64,000 nucleotides of DNA from NCBI GenBank assembly GCA_023266235.1, contig JAHFRL010000009.1, positions 1,820-65,819 of the forward strand, written 5' to 3'. Below the pieces are notes generated by a model. It saw only the letters and a list, made by a program, of their open reading frames with translations, had not been told where the DNA came from and did not search any database. Shown piece after piece: positions 48,125-56,884 of this stretch. The translations under genes were made by a program, and so were the position numbers. Source of the DNA: Betaproteobacteria bacterium. GTDB taxonomy: Bacteria; Pseudomonadota; Gammaproteobacteria; Burkholderiales; SG8-41. The first letter of the stretch is position 1. Every line of letters starts with the position of its first letter.

Positions 48125-48655
48125 ATGAAAAAAAACGGTTCAATCCTGGCAATTCTTCTGACGTTGCTCTTGTTCGCGTATCCAGGCCTGGTGGCTGCCG
48201 TGGAGGTAGGCGACAAGGCGCCGGATTTCGAGCTGCCGAGCACCCAGGCAGGAAAATTCAGGCTCAGCGCTCTTGCCGGCAGGAAAAACGTCGTCGTCCA
48301 GTTCTACGTGCTCGACTTCACGCCGACGTGAATACAGGAACTGTCGTCCAGTCGGGACGACTATTCGAAGTTCGAGGCGGCCGATGCCGAGATCGTGGGG
48401 ATCAGCGCGAACGTAGGCTTCTCCCAGAAAGCGTTTGCCGATTTTCTCAAGCTCAATTTCCCGCTGCTGAGCGATTTCCCGGAGCTGAAGGCGATGCAGG
48501 CTTACGGGGTGTTGAATGCCGAGCGCAAACTGGCGCAGCGCTCCTACTTCATCGTCGACAAGCAGGGAGTCATCCGCTACAAGAAAATACTGGGGCGCGG
48601 TGAGCCGCTGGTGCCGAACGATACGCTTATCGCGGAACTGAAAAAGATCAACTAA
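48125..48655 (+). CDS. Selenocysteine-containing peroxiredoxin-like (AhpC/TSA) protein with signal peptide; in-frame UGA at 48329-48331
   Basis: ORFs 48110-48331 and 48395-48655 share a frame and join through a single TGA: VGDKAPDFEL...FYVLDFTPT-U-IQELSS...GISAN..FPLLSD..AQRSYFIVDKQG; UGA sits at the peroxidatic Cys position. Confidence 0.85.
48330..48366 (+). promoter_or_regulatory. Bacterial SECIS-like stem-loop
   Basis: GAATA...GTCGTCC-AGTCG-GGACGAC-TATTC; apical loop 18 nt after the UGA with G at loop position 2. Confidence 0.75.
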
Positions 48656-48668
48656 GGCTGCGGTTGTG

Positions 48669-49232
48669 ATGCCTATTGTTTCCCGCGGCTGGCTGCTTGT
48701 CATGCTGGCCGCCCTCCTCCCTGGCAGCGGCCCGCTCTACGCCCAGGCGCCCCGCAACCCGCCAGTTGACTACAAGGTAATTCCCAAACTCGAGGAGATG
48801 AAGGATCATCCGGCCGCTCCCGATTTCACGCTCGCCAGCCCGGACGGCAAAAAGCTCTCCCTCAAGAACTATCGCGGCAAGCTGGTGTTCCTGAATTTCT
48901 GGGCCACGTGGTGCACGTTCTGCCGGGAAGAGATGCCGGCCATGGAAAACCTCTACCGCGAATTCAGGAGCAGCGGATTTGTGATCGTGGCGGTGAACGT
49001 CAAAGACAAGCGGCAGGATGCGCTGGCCTTTGTCAAGGAATTGAAGCTGAGCTACCCGATCATGCTGGACCCCGACGGGGAAATAGGGCTGCTGTACGGC
49101 GCCTGGGGCATGCCCGCCACCTACCTGATCGACGAAAAGGGCATGGTGCTGGCGCGCCTGTGGGGCCCGGCTGACTGGTACAGCCCGTCCGCAAGGGGGC
49201 TCATCAAGGCGCTGTTGGAAAAAAAGCAATGA
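48669..49232 (+). CDS. TlpA-like exported thioredoxin (disulfide reductase)
   Basis: N-terminal hydrophobic segment; APDFTL, LNFWATWCTFCREEMP, MPATYLID. Confidence 0.9.
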   Translation: MPIVSRGWLLVMLAALLPGSGPLYAQAPRNPPVDYKVIPKLEEMKDHPAAPDFTLASPDGKKLSLKNYRGKLVFLNFWATWCTFCREEMPAMENLYREFRSSGFVIVAVNVKDKRQDALAFVKELKLSYPIMLDPDGEIGLLYGAWGMPATYLIDEKGMVLARLWGPADWYSPSARGLIKALLEKKQ

Positions 49233-49286
49233 CCGGTTGGATCATGCATGCATTGGTCTTGCATGCAGGCTACCCGCCGAGGAAAT

Positions 49287-50150
49287 TCAGAATTTGAACA
49301 GCTGTTGCGGGTTGTCGACCAGAATCTTGCGCCGCATCGCCGCATCCGGCGCCCACTGGCCGAACAGGTTGAACAGCTCGACCGAACCCACCTGGTCGGC
49401 GAATGAGAGATGCGGATAGTCGCTGCCCCAGATAATCCGGCCGGGGGCCGCCTCGATCAGCGCGCGCGCGAGCGGCGCCGCATCGGCGAATTCGGCCGCC
49501 ACCGACATGCGGTACACCCCGGTAAGCTTGATCCAGCAATGCCCGTCGCCGTGACGCAGCAGATCGAGCAGCTGCTGGAACCCCGGCTGCTCAACGCCAT
49601 CCTTGGCGAGGAACATGCCCATATGCGCGACGGTAAAGTCGCACGTCAGTTTCTTCAGCGCGGGCATCAGCTCGCTGGTCAGCCAGCCCGGGGTCAGGAA
49701 ATCGAGCTGCCAGCCGAGTTCGGCGCAGCGCGCGTGCAGGCGCTCGATGCGCGGCAGCAGGGTTGCCGCGAAGCCCGCCGCCGGCGGTTTGACCGGCGAC
49801 ACATTGACGCGCACGCCGCGCACGCCCGCCGCATGCAACCGCGCGAGCCCGGCATCGGGAGCGTTCTCGTCGACATCGACGATCCCGCGGCATTGCGGCC
49901 CGACTTCGCGCATGGCGTCGAGCATGCACGCATTGTCGCGGCCGTACGCGCTCGGCTGCACGAATACGAAGCGCTCGAACCCGAGGCGGCGTGACAGCGC
50001 GAGATAGTCCGCGAGCGGCGCGAGCGGCGGCGGGTAGCGCAGGTCGGAGCCATACGGATAACGCGCGGCCGGGCCGAACACGTGGAAGTGACAATCGCAG
50101 CTCAGCGGCGGCGCCTTGAAAGCGGGCTCGCCTTCATCACGTAGCGACAA
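49287..50150 (-). CDS. Amidohydrolase, LigI-like
   Basis: CDCHFHVFGP, QPSAYGRDN, RGVRVN, HMG, WGSDYPH. Confidence 0.88.
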   Translation of the reverse strand: MSLRDEGEPAFKAPPLSCDCHFHVFGPAARYPYGSDLRYPPPLAPLADYLALSRRLGFERFVFVQPSAYGRDNACMLDAMREVGPQCRGIVDVDENAPDAGLARLHAAGVRGVRVNVSPVKPPAAGFAATLLPRIERLHARCAELGWQLDFLTPGWLTSELMPALKKLTCDFTVAHMGMFLAKDGVEQPGFQQLLDLLRHGDGHCWIKLTGVYRMSVAAEFADAAPLARALIEAAPGRIIWGSDYPHLSFADQVGSVELFNLFGQWAPDAAMRRKILVDNPQQLFKF

Positions 50151-50167
50151 CGCGTTCCCCTTTCAGA

Positions 50168-51145
50168 TCACTCCAGCCTGATGCCGGCGTCGCGCGCGAG
50201 CTTGCCTTTCTTCTCGAATTCGGCCTTGATGTGCGCGGTGAACTCCTCCGGCGACGCGCTCGCTTTCAGCTCGACACCGCGTTCCAGGAAGCGATTGCGC
50301 AGAGCCGGCATGCGCACGATCTTCGCGACTTCTTCGTTCAGGCGCACGAGGATTTCGCGCGGGGTTCCCGCCGGCGCCACCAATCCATTGAAGGTGATGT
50401 CTTCGAAGCCCGGCACTCCCGCCTCGTCGATGGTCGGCAGATCCGGAAACAGCGGCGAGCGCGTGCGGCTCGTGACGGCCAGGGGGCGCAGCTTGCCGGC
50501 TTTGATGTGGGGTTCCGAGGTGCTCACCTGGTCGAACATCAGCATGACCTGCCCGCCGATCACATCGATGATGGCCTGCGCATTGCCCTTGTAAGGCACG
50601 TGCAGCATTTTCACGCCGACCTGACGGCTGAAGAGTTCGGTGGCCATGTGCCCGGTGCCGCCCGGGCCCGACGTCGCGTAGGAGATTTCCCCCGGCCGCG
50701 ACTTGGCCAGCGCGATCAGCTGCTTCACCGAGCGCACCGGCAGCGCGGGGTTCACGACCAGCACCTGCGGCACCAGGCAGGTCAGCGTGACGCCGGTGAA
50801 ATCCTTCAGCGGATCGTAGCCGGGGTTGGCGACGATCGAAGGCACCATGGCAAAAGTGTTCGCCATCGCGAGCAGCGTATAACCGTCGGGCGCCGCTTTG
50901 GCGGCCAGCTGGGTGCCGACCAGGCTGCTCGCGCCGGGCCGGTTCTCGACGATGACCTGCTGCCCGAGGTTTTCGGTGAGCTGCTGGGCGAGCGAGCGGA
51001 CGACGAGATCGACGTTGCCGCCCGGCGCCAGCGGCACGATGATGCGGAGCGGCCGCGCGGGGTATCCGCCCGCGGTCTGGCCGTGGACGCCGGTCGCGTA
51101 AATCGCGGCAAGCGCCGCCGCCACGACGAATTTCGCTTTTTTCAT
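50168..51145 (-). CDS. Bug/TctC substrate-binding protein
   Basis: YPARPLRIIVPLAPGGNVD, PDGYT, HVPYKG. Confidence 0.95.
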   Translation of the reverse strand: MKKAKFVVAAALAAIYATGVHGQTAGGYPARPLRIIVPLAPGGNVDLVVRSLAQQLTENLGQQVIVENRPGASSLVGTQLAAKAAPDGYTLLAMANTFAMVPSIVANPGYDPLKDFTGVTLTCLVPQVLVVNPALPVRSVKQLIALAKSRPGEISYATSGPGGTGHMATELFSRQVGVKMLHVPYKGNAQAIIDVIGGQVMLMFDQVSTSEPHIKAGKLRPLAVTSRTRSPLFPDLPTIDEAGVPGFEDITFNGLVAPAGTPREILVRLNEEVAKIVRMPALRNRFLERGVELKASASPEEFTAHIKAEFEKKGKLARDAGIRLE

Positions 51146-51346
51146 TGCTCGATCCTCCCCGGAGACGCACATCGCGGCATCGCACCATTCGCGTGCGGAC
51201 CGTGCTTATTCTAGCGGAATATCCGGGGCGGGTTCGCGCTGCGTCGCGCATTTTTTCAGGCGCGCCGTGCAACGAACTGTTGGGTCGACGGCCTCACAAG
51301 ACTGCTTATTAACGACGCAGTGCACCGCCTCCCCGCCGCGGCCTCC

Positions 51347-52315
51347 CTACTGCGGCTGGAAGCCGATGTCGCGGATCAGCTTGCCGTACTTGGCATAATC
51401 GCTCTTGATCGTTGCCGCGAAATACTCCGGCGGCTCGGTGACAATGATCAGACCGGCCGAAACCAGTTTTTCTTTCACGTCCGGCAGCGCTATCGCCCGA
51501 TTGATCTCCTGGTTCAGCAGCGTGACGATCTCGCGCGGCGTCCCGGCCGGCGCGAGAAAACCGAACCAGCCGCGCGAGTCGTAGCCCGGCAAGGTTTCGG
51601 CGATCGTGGGCGTGCCGTCGAACTGCGGCACGCGCGTCGGGTTGGTGATGGCGAGCAGGCGCAGCTTGCCGGAGCGTATGTGCGGCGTCAGGCCGGTAAT
51701 GCCGTCGATCGCCGCATCAATATGCCCGCCGATCAGATCGGTCGCAATCTGGGCGCTGCCTTTGTACGGAACATGCACATACGTGAAGCCTCCCATGACA
51801 CGCAGCAGCTCGATCGTCATGTGCGGGAAGCCGCCCTCGCCGTTCGACGCGAAGGTCAGCCGGTTGGGGTTGGCCTTCGCATAAGCGATCAGGTCCTTCA
51901 CGCTCCTGAACGGCACGCTCGGATGCACGACCAGCGCCAGAAAATTCGTCGTCGACAGCGCGATCGGCGCAAAATCCTTGATCGGATCGTACGGGATCTT
52001 CTTGTAGGTGTGCGGCATGACAACGAGATTGCCGCCCTGCCCGGCGATGAGAGTGTAGCCGTCCGGCGCGGCGCGCGCGCCAAGCTCCAGGCCGAGCTGT
52101 CCGCTCGCCCCGGCACGGTTGTCGACAATCACGTTCTGCCCGAGACGCTCGGTCATCTTCGGTCCGATCAGCCGGGCCATGATGTCGATAGTGTTGCCGG
52201 GTGGAAACGGAATGATGATGCGGATCGGTTTGGACGGATAATTCTGCGCCACCACCACGCCCGCAAACCCGAACGCAACTACTGACACCAACGCGTACAA
52301 TATCAATTGTTTCAT
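51347..52315 (-). CDS. Bug/TctC substrate-binding protein
   Basis: YPSKPIRIIIPFPPG, PDGYT, HVPYKG. Confidence 0.95.
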   Translation of the reverse strand: MKQLILYALVSVVAFGFAGVVVAQNYPSKPIRIIIPFPPGNTIDIMARLIGPKMTERLGQNVIVDNRAGASGQLGLELGARAAPDGYTLIAGQGGNLVVMPHTYKKIPYDPIKDFAPIALSTTNFLALVVHPSVPFRSVKDLIAYAKANPNRLTFASNGEGGFPHMTIELLRVMGGFTYVHVPYKGSAQIATDLIGGHIDAAIDGITGLTPHIRSGKLRLLAITNPTRVPQFDGTPTIAETLPGYDSRGWFGFLAPAGTPREIVTLLNQEINRAIALPDVKEKLVSAGLIIVTEPPEYFAATIKSDYAKYGKLIRDIGFQPQ

Positions 52316-52339
52316 GACGTTCCTCCTCGACCCACGGTC

Positions 52340-53206
52340 TCAGGCGGCTTTCACCACATAGCCGGACGGCGTTCCGAGCACGGTAGTCCGCTCCATGTGC
52401 CTGAGCTGGGTTTCGTCGAAATCGCCCAGCGCGCAATGCATCGTGCAGCGGTTATCCCAGACCAGGATATCGTTGGCCTGCCACTGGTGCCGGTATACGA
52501 ATTCAGGCCGCGTGGCGTGCTGTACCAGATATTCGATCAAAGGGCGGCTTTCCTCCTCCGTCATGCCGTCGAAGGACTTTACTTTGTCGCCGATATACAG
52601 CGCCTTCCGGCCGGTCTCGGGATGCATGCGAACCACCGGCTGCGCGACCGGCGGGTTGATGCGTTTCTGTTCCTCGGCACGGGGAATGCCGGTCGTGCTG
52701 TTAGCGATCTTGCGCGTCCCCGACATGTGTATGCCGTGCAGGCCGGCGATCAGCTTCTTCATTCCCGCGGAAAGCGCGTCATACGCCATGTACATATTGG
52801 CGAACATCGTATCGCCGCCGACCGGGGGCGCGGTGATGCACCGCAAAAGAGATCCCGACGACGGCACCAGGGTGAAGGACATGTCGGAGTGCCATTGGCG
52901 CCCGGTATATTTGCTGTCGGATGGCGCGCCATTGAGTTTGGGCTCGTTCGTAACCATGAGGATCTCCGGATGGTCCGGATGGCGGTCGCGCGGCAGCGCG
53001 TCGTGCTTGTCGAGCTCGCCGAAGCGGCGGCTGAATTCGATGTGCTGCTCGCGGGTAATGTGTTGGTCCCTGAACAACAGGATGCCGTGTTCGAGGAAGG
53101 CCCGGTATACGTCGCCGAAATCGTGCTCGCTCATCTTGCGCGAGACATCGATAGCGCAGACCTCGGCGCCCAGACTGTAGGAAAGAGGGCGCAGCTTCAG
53201 AGCCAT
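52340..53206 (-). CDS. TauD/TfdA Fe(II)/2-oxoglutarate dioxygenase
   Basis: WHSD, GGDTMFAN, HPETGRKALY, WDNRCTMH, R. Confidence 0.92.
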   Translation of the reverse strand: MALKLRPLSYSLGAEVCAIDVSRKMSEHDFGDVYRAFLEHGILLFRDQHITREQHIEFSRRFGELDKHDALPRDRHPDHPEILMVTNEPKLNGAPSDSKYTGRQWHSDMSFTLVPSSGSLLRCITAPPVGGDTMFANMYMAYDALSAGMKKLIAGLHGIHMSGTRKIANSTTGIPRAEEQKRINPPVAQPVVRMHPETGRKALYIGDKVKSFDGMTEEESRPLIEYLVQHATRPEFVYRHQWQANDILVWDNRCTMHCALGDFDETQLRHMERTTVLGTPSGYVVKAA

Positions 53207-53268
53207 TGATCTCTGCCGCGCCGATAACTGCCGCAAGTTATATCCCGCACTTTCACGGGAACCCCGGA

Positions 53269-53766
53269 TCAGACTTGTCCGGCTTTGCGTTTCCTGACGT
53301 GTTCCACCACGCCCTGCTTGCCGGCTTCGGTCTCCGGCTGCCAGGTGTTCGCGTGCTTGAGGAGCTCTGCTTTCTCCCACACGTGCGTCGCATCGCCCAT
53401 GTAGACGATGAACACCTCGCATCCGTCCGGATATTCATAGGGTCCGTGGCGTATGTCCCAGCCGAATACGTAGTCGCCGGGGCGCAGGTCCTTGCCGGCC
53501 ACGCACATGCGGCCCTTGGTCACCAGGATCGAATGCCAGCTCTTGTGGGTATGCGCGGGCTCGACATATCCCGGCGGGAACTGCTGCTTCATGTCGATGC
53601 GCTTCATCACCGGGTCGTAGTTCAAAACCTTGACCTTGACGCCGGGCGGCAGCTTGAGCAGCCCGCGCACGTCATCGCTTTCCCATTCGACCTCGTGATC
53701 GTAAATCGCCTTGAACGTGTGATCGCAGCCGCCCGCAGCCGCGCTTTTTTTCGCTGTCATCTTCAT
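53269..53766 (-). CDS. Cupin-domain protein
   Basis: FPPGYVEPAHTH..H, GRM, LRPGDYV, HGP. Confidence 0.75.
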   Translation of the reverse strand: MKMTAKKSAAAGGCDHTFKAIYDHEVEWESDDVRGLLKLPPGVKVKVLNYDPVMKRIDMKQQFPPGYVEPAHTHKSWHSILVTKGRMCVAGKDLRPGDYVFGWDIRHGPYEYPDGCEVFIVYMGDATHVWEKAELLKHANTWQPETEAGKQGVVEHVRKRKAGQV

Positions 53767-53794
53767 CGTGCAGATTCTCCCATTCTTTTCAGGT

Positions 53795-54793
53795 TCAATT
53801 CACTTCCACCTTGATCCCGGCGTCCTTGATGACCTTCAGATACTTCGTCCGATCCGACTTGATGATGCCGGCAAATTCCTGCGGCGTGCTGGTCACCGAC
53901 TCGATGCCAAGGGCGGTGTAGCGTTCTATCACATCCGGCTGCTTCAAGGCCTTGACGATTTCGGCGTTGACCTTGTTGATTATCTTCTGCGGCACCCCTT
54001 TCATTGTCAACAGTCCCCACCAGTTATCCAGGACCAGACCCGGCAATCCGGCTTCGATTGCGGTCGGTATGCCGGGCGTCAGCGGGAACGGCCTGGCGCC
54101 GGCCACCGCGACCGCCCGCAGCTTGCCCGATTTGACATAGGGCAGGGCAACCGGCATGTCGGCGAAGACCACTTGCACCTGCCCGGCCATGAGATCCAGC
54201 AGTGCGGGCGGAGAACCCTTGTACGGGACATGCGTAATTCTTGCCCCGGTCATGGTCGCGAACATCTCGCCGCCGAGATGGGGCAGCGTGCCGGTGCCGC
54301 TGCTGCCGTAATTGATTGAACCGGGTTTCGATTTGCCAAGCGCGATCAGGTCCTCCATCGACTTTACCGGCAGCGCCGGGTTGACCACGATCAATTGCGG
54401 AGCGGCGGCGATGACCGATACCGGCTCAAAGTCGCGCAGCGACTGATAGCCGGTCTTGTAGAAAAGCGGGTTGAGCACGATTGGGGCAACGCTGCCGACC
54501 ACCCACGTATAGCCGTCCGCCGCTGCAGTGGCCGCGATCCCCGTGCCCAGACTGCCGCCGGCGCCCGGACGATTGTCGACAATGATGCGCTGCCCCAACG
54601 GTTCAGTCAGCTTCTCGCCGAGAATGCGCGCCAGAATATCGGAAGAACCGCCGGGCGGATACGGCGCTATGAGCCGGATCGGTTTGTTGGGGTAAGTCTG
54701 TGCTGCGGCCTGGCCTGCCGCCGGACCGGCTGTCAATGCGCAGACCGCTGCCCCCGACAGAAATACCATTCGTCGTACGGTCTGGCTTCGCAT
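53795..54793 (-). CDS. Bug/TctC substrate-binding protein
   Basis: YPNKPIRLIAPYPPGGSSD, DGYT, HVPYKG. Confidence 0.95.
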   Translation of the reverse strand: MRSQTVRRMVFLSGAAVCALTAGPAAGQAAAQTYPNKPIRLIAPYPPGGSSDILARILGEKLTEPLGQRIIVDNRPGAGGSLGTGIAATAAADGYTWVVGSVAPIVLNPLFYKTGYQSLRDFEPVSVIAAAPQLIVVNPALPVKSMEDLIALGKSKPGSINYGSSGTGTLPHLGGEMFATMTGARITHVPYKGSPPALLDLMAGQVQVVFADMPVALPYVKSGKLRAVAVAGARPFPLTPGIPTAIEAGLPGLVLDNWWGLLTMKGVPQKIINKVNAEIVKALKQPDVIERYTALGIESVTSTPQEFAGIIKSDRTKYLKVIKDAGIKVEVN

Positions 54794-55034
54794 GGATTTC
54801 TCCTCCCGCCGGTCGCAGGGTCCGGACTGCTTATTGATTACATCAATTTTCTCAGGCTGATCGCAGCATGCCGCGCACCAACACCGAAGTCAAATTTCTG
54901 CGGGTTGCGAAACCCGCGGCGCCGGCGCACTATCACGCGTCGCGCTTTCGCGCAGAGTATTTTTCCCGAAGCAGTGTCGCGCGACGCGCAATCGCGGCTA
55001 CGCTGTTCACAACTTGTCAGCAGGAGATCAGGAA

Positions 55035-56018
55035 ATGTTGAACGCCGCAATTTACGGCATCGGGCGCTGGGGCGGCCGGCTGGTTGATTCAGTGAAAGCA
55101 AGCGACAAGATCCGCATCGTCAAGGGGATTTCCCGCAATCCCGACAAGCACCGCGAATTCTCCGCGAAAACCGGCATTCCGGTCGTCTCCTCGTATGCGG
55201 ACGTGCTCAAAGACCCGCAAATCGACGCCGTCGTGCTCGCCACGCCGCACTCGCTGCACCACGGGCATATCGTGGCCGCAGCCAGGGCCGGCAAGCATGT
55301 GTTCTGCGAGAAACCGCTCACGCTGACGCGCGCTACCGCCGAGTCGGCGGTGGCTGCCTGCCGCGCGGCGGGCGTGACGCTGGGGCTGGGTTTTAACCGC
55401 AGACATGTGCCGGCGTCCCTGGAGATGATGCGCCGGATTGACGCCGGCGAAATCGGCGAGGTACTGCACCTCGAGGGACAGCATTCCGGGCCCACCGGCT
55501 ATCGGCTCAAAGCGGGCGACTGGCGGGCAACCCGGTCCGAGTCCCCCGGCGGCGGCATGACGGCACGCGGCATTCACGCCCTCGATTCGATGATCCACAT
55601 CGCCGGCCTGGTGAGTTCGGTCTATGCGTTCAGCGGGAAACGCAAGCTGCCTGCGGACATCGACATGGACGACACCACTTCGCTGCTGCTGAAATTCTCG
55701 GGCGGCGCCACCGGCTATCTGGCCACGGTCTTTGTCACCGGCGAATTGTGGCGGGTGCATGTGTTCGGCACCAAGGGCTGGCTCGAGATGCGCGGCGACA
55801 CCGAACTCGTGGCGTGCGCTCTGGAAGGAAAGCCGGAGCGCATCACGCTGCCGGCGATCGACAGGGAGCAGGCGACGCTCGAGGCGTTCGCCGCTACCGT
55901 GGCCGCCAAAAAGCCATGCATGGTGCCGCCCGAGCAGGCGGTCAACGGCATTGCCGTGCTCGAAGCAATCGTGGCGTCGGCCGCCAGCGGCAGCCCGGTC
56001 CGGATCGATCAGCCGTGA
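55035..56018 (+). CDS. Gfo/Idh/MocA oxidoreductase
   Basis: GIGRWG, DAVVLATPHSLH, GKHVFCEKP, GIHALD. Confidence 0.9.
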   Translation: MLNAAIYGIGRWGGRLVDSVKASDKIRIVKGISRNPDKHREFSAKTGIPVVSSYADVLKDPQIDAVVLATPHSLHHGHIVAAARAGKHVFCEKPLTLTRATAESAVAACRAAGVTLGLGFNRRHVPASLEMMRRIDAGEIGEVLHLEGQHSGPTGYRLKAGDWRATRSESPGGGMTARGIHALDSMIHIAGLVSSVYAFSGKRKLPADIDMDDTTSLLLKFSGGATGYLATVFVTGELWRVHVFGTKGWLEMRGDTELVACALEGKPERITLPAIDREQATLEAFAATVAAKKPCMVPPEQAVNGIAVLEAIVASAASGSPVRIDQP

Positions 56019-56041
56019 GGTTGCAAGACCGGGAATACGCA

Positions 56042-56884
56042 ATGACCGCGAACCCGCATTTCGCCACGGTGGGCGATCTCGCCATCCACTACGATCTGGC
56101 TGACTACACCGACCCGTGGCGAACGGACGAGCCGGCAACGTTCCTGCTCTACCCCGGCTATTGCCGGAACATCGAATTCTGGCGCGCGTGGGTGCCGTTG
56201 CTGGGGCGCGACTATCGCGTGTTGAGAATGGACGCCCGCGGCTATGGCGAGACGGGCAAGCCGCCGCCCGGCTCGCCGCTGACCACGGACATGCTGGCCG
56301 ATGACGCCATCGGCCTCATGGATGTGCTGGGCATACAACGCGCGCACTGGGTCGGCGAATCGACCGGCGGCGCCGTGGGCCTGGTCGCGGCACTCAATCA
56401 TCCGGAGCGCATCGCCTCGATCACGCTGTGCAACACGGCTGCCAGGATGGGCGACGAGACCGTATCCACCTATGCGATCGGCGAGGCGAACCAGGGCGCG
56501 GCGATCGAGAAATACGGCGTCGCCGAGTGGTGCCGCAGAACATTGCAGTACCGGATGGATGTGAGCCACGCGCCCGCGGGACTCGCCGAATTCGTGCCCA
56601 GGGAGATGGCGAAGACCCCGGCGCATATCGCGGTGGCCGCGTTCAAACTTTTCTCCACCGTGAACCTGATGCCGCGCCTGCCGAAAGTCAAGGCGCCCAC
56701 GTTGCTGATCGTCGGCAGCAAATGCACCGAGCGCCGCAAGCGGCACATGGCGGAGATGCGCGACAAGCTGCAGCGCGCGAAGCTGGTTGAGCTCGAGGGT
56801 TACGATTACGGCATCCACTTCCTCGCCCCGGATGCGGTGGTTGCCGAGATCCGCAAGTTTCTGCGAGAAACCAAGGACCAATGA
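56042..56884 (+). CDS. Alpha/beta-hydrolase-fold protein
   Basis: DARGYG, GESTGG nucleophile elbow, APTLLIVG. Confidence 0.85.
   Translation: MTANPHFATVGDLAIHYDLADYTDPWRTDEPATFLLYPGYCRNIEFWRAWVPLLGRDYRVLRMDARGYGETGKPPPGSPLTTDMLADDAIGLMDVLGIQRAHWVGESTGGAVGLVAALNHPERIASITLCNTAARMGDETVSTYAIGEANQGAAIEKYGVAEWCRRTLQYRMDVSHAPAGLAEFVPREMAKTPAHIAVAAFKLFSTVNLMPRLPKVKAPTLLIVGSKCTERRKRHMAEMRDKLQRAKLVELEGYDYGIHFLAPDAVVAEIRKFLRETKDQ

Noticed and set aside
48110-48331. Pseudogene interpretation of the split peroxiredoxin
   Set aside because: The only stop is UGA exactly at the catalytic residue, with a SECIS-like hairpin and an intact downstream frame
49245-49267. TGCATGCA-N7-TGCATGCA palindrome
   Set aside because: Lies between convergent genes; at most a weak terminator-like hairpin with no U-tract
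51300-54836. Shared 11-mer gactgcttatt upstream of two Bug genes
   Set aside because: Short, non-palindromic and at different distances from the starts; not distinguishable from chance
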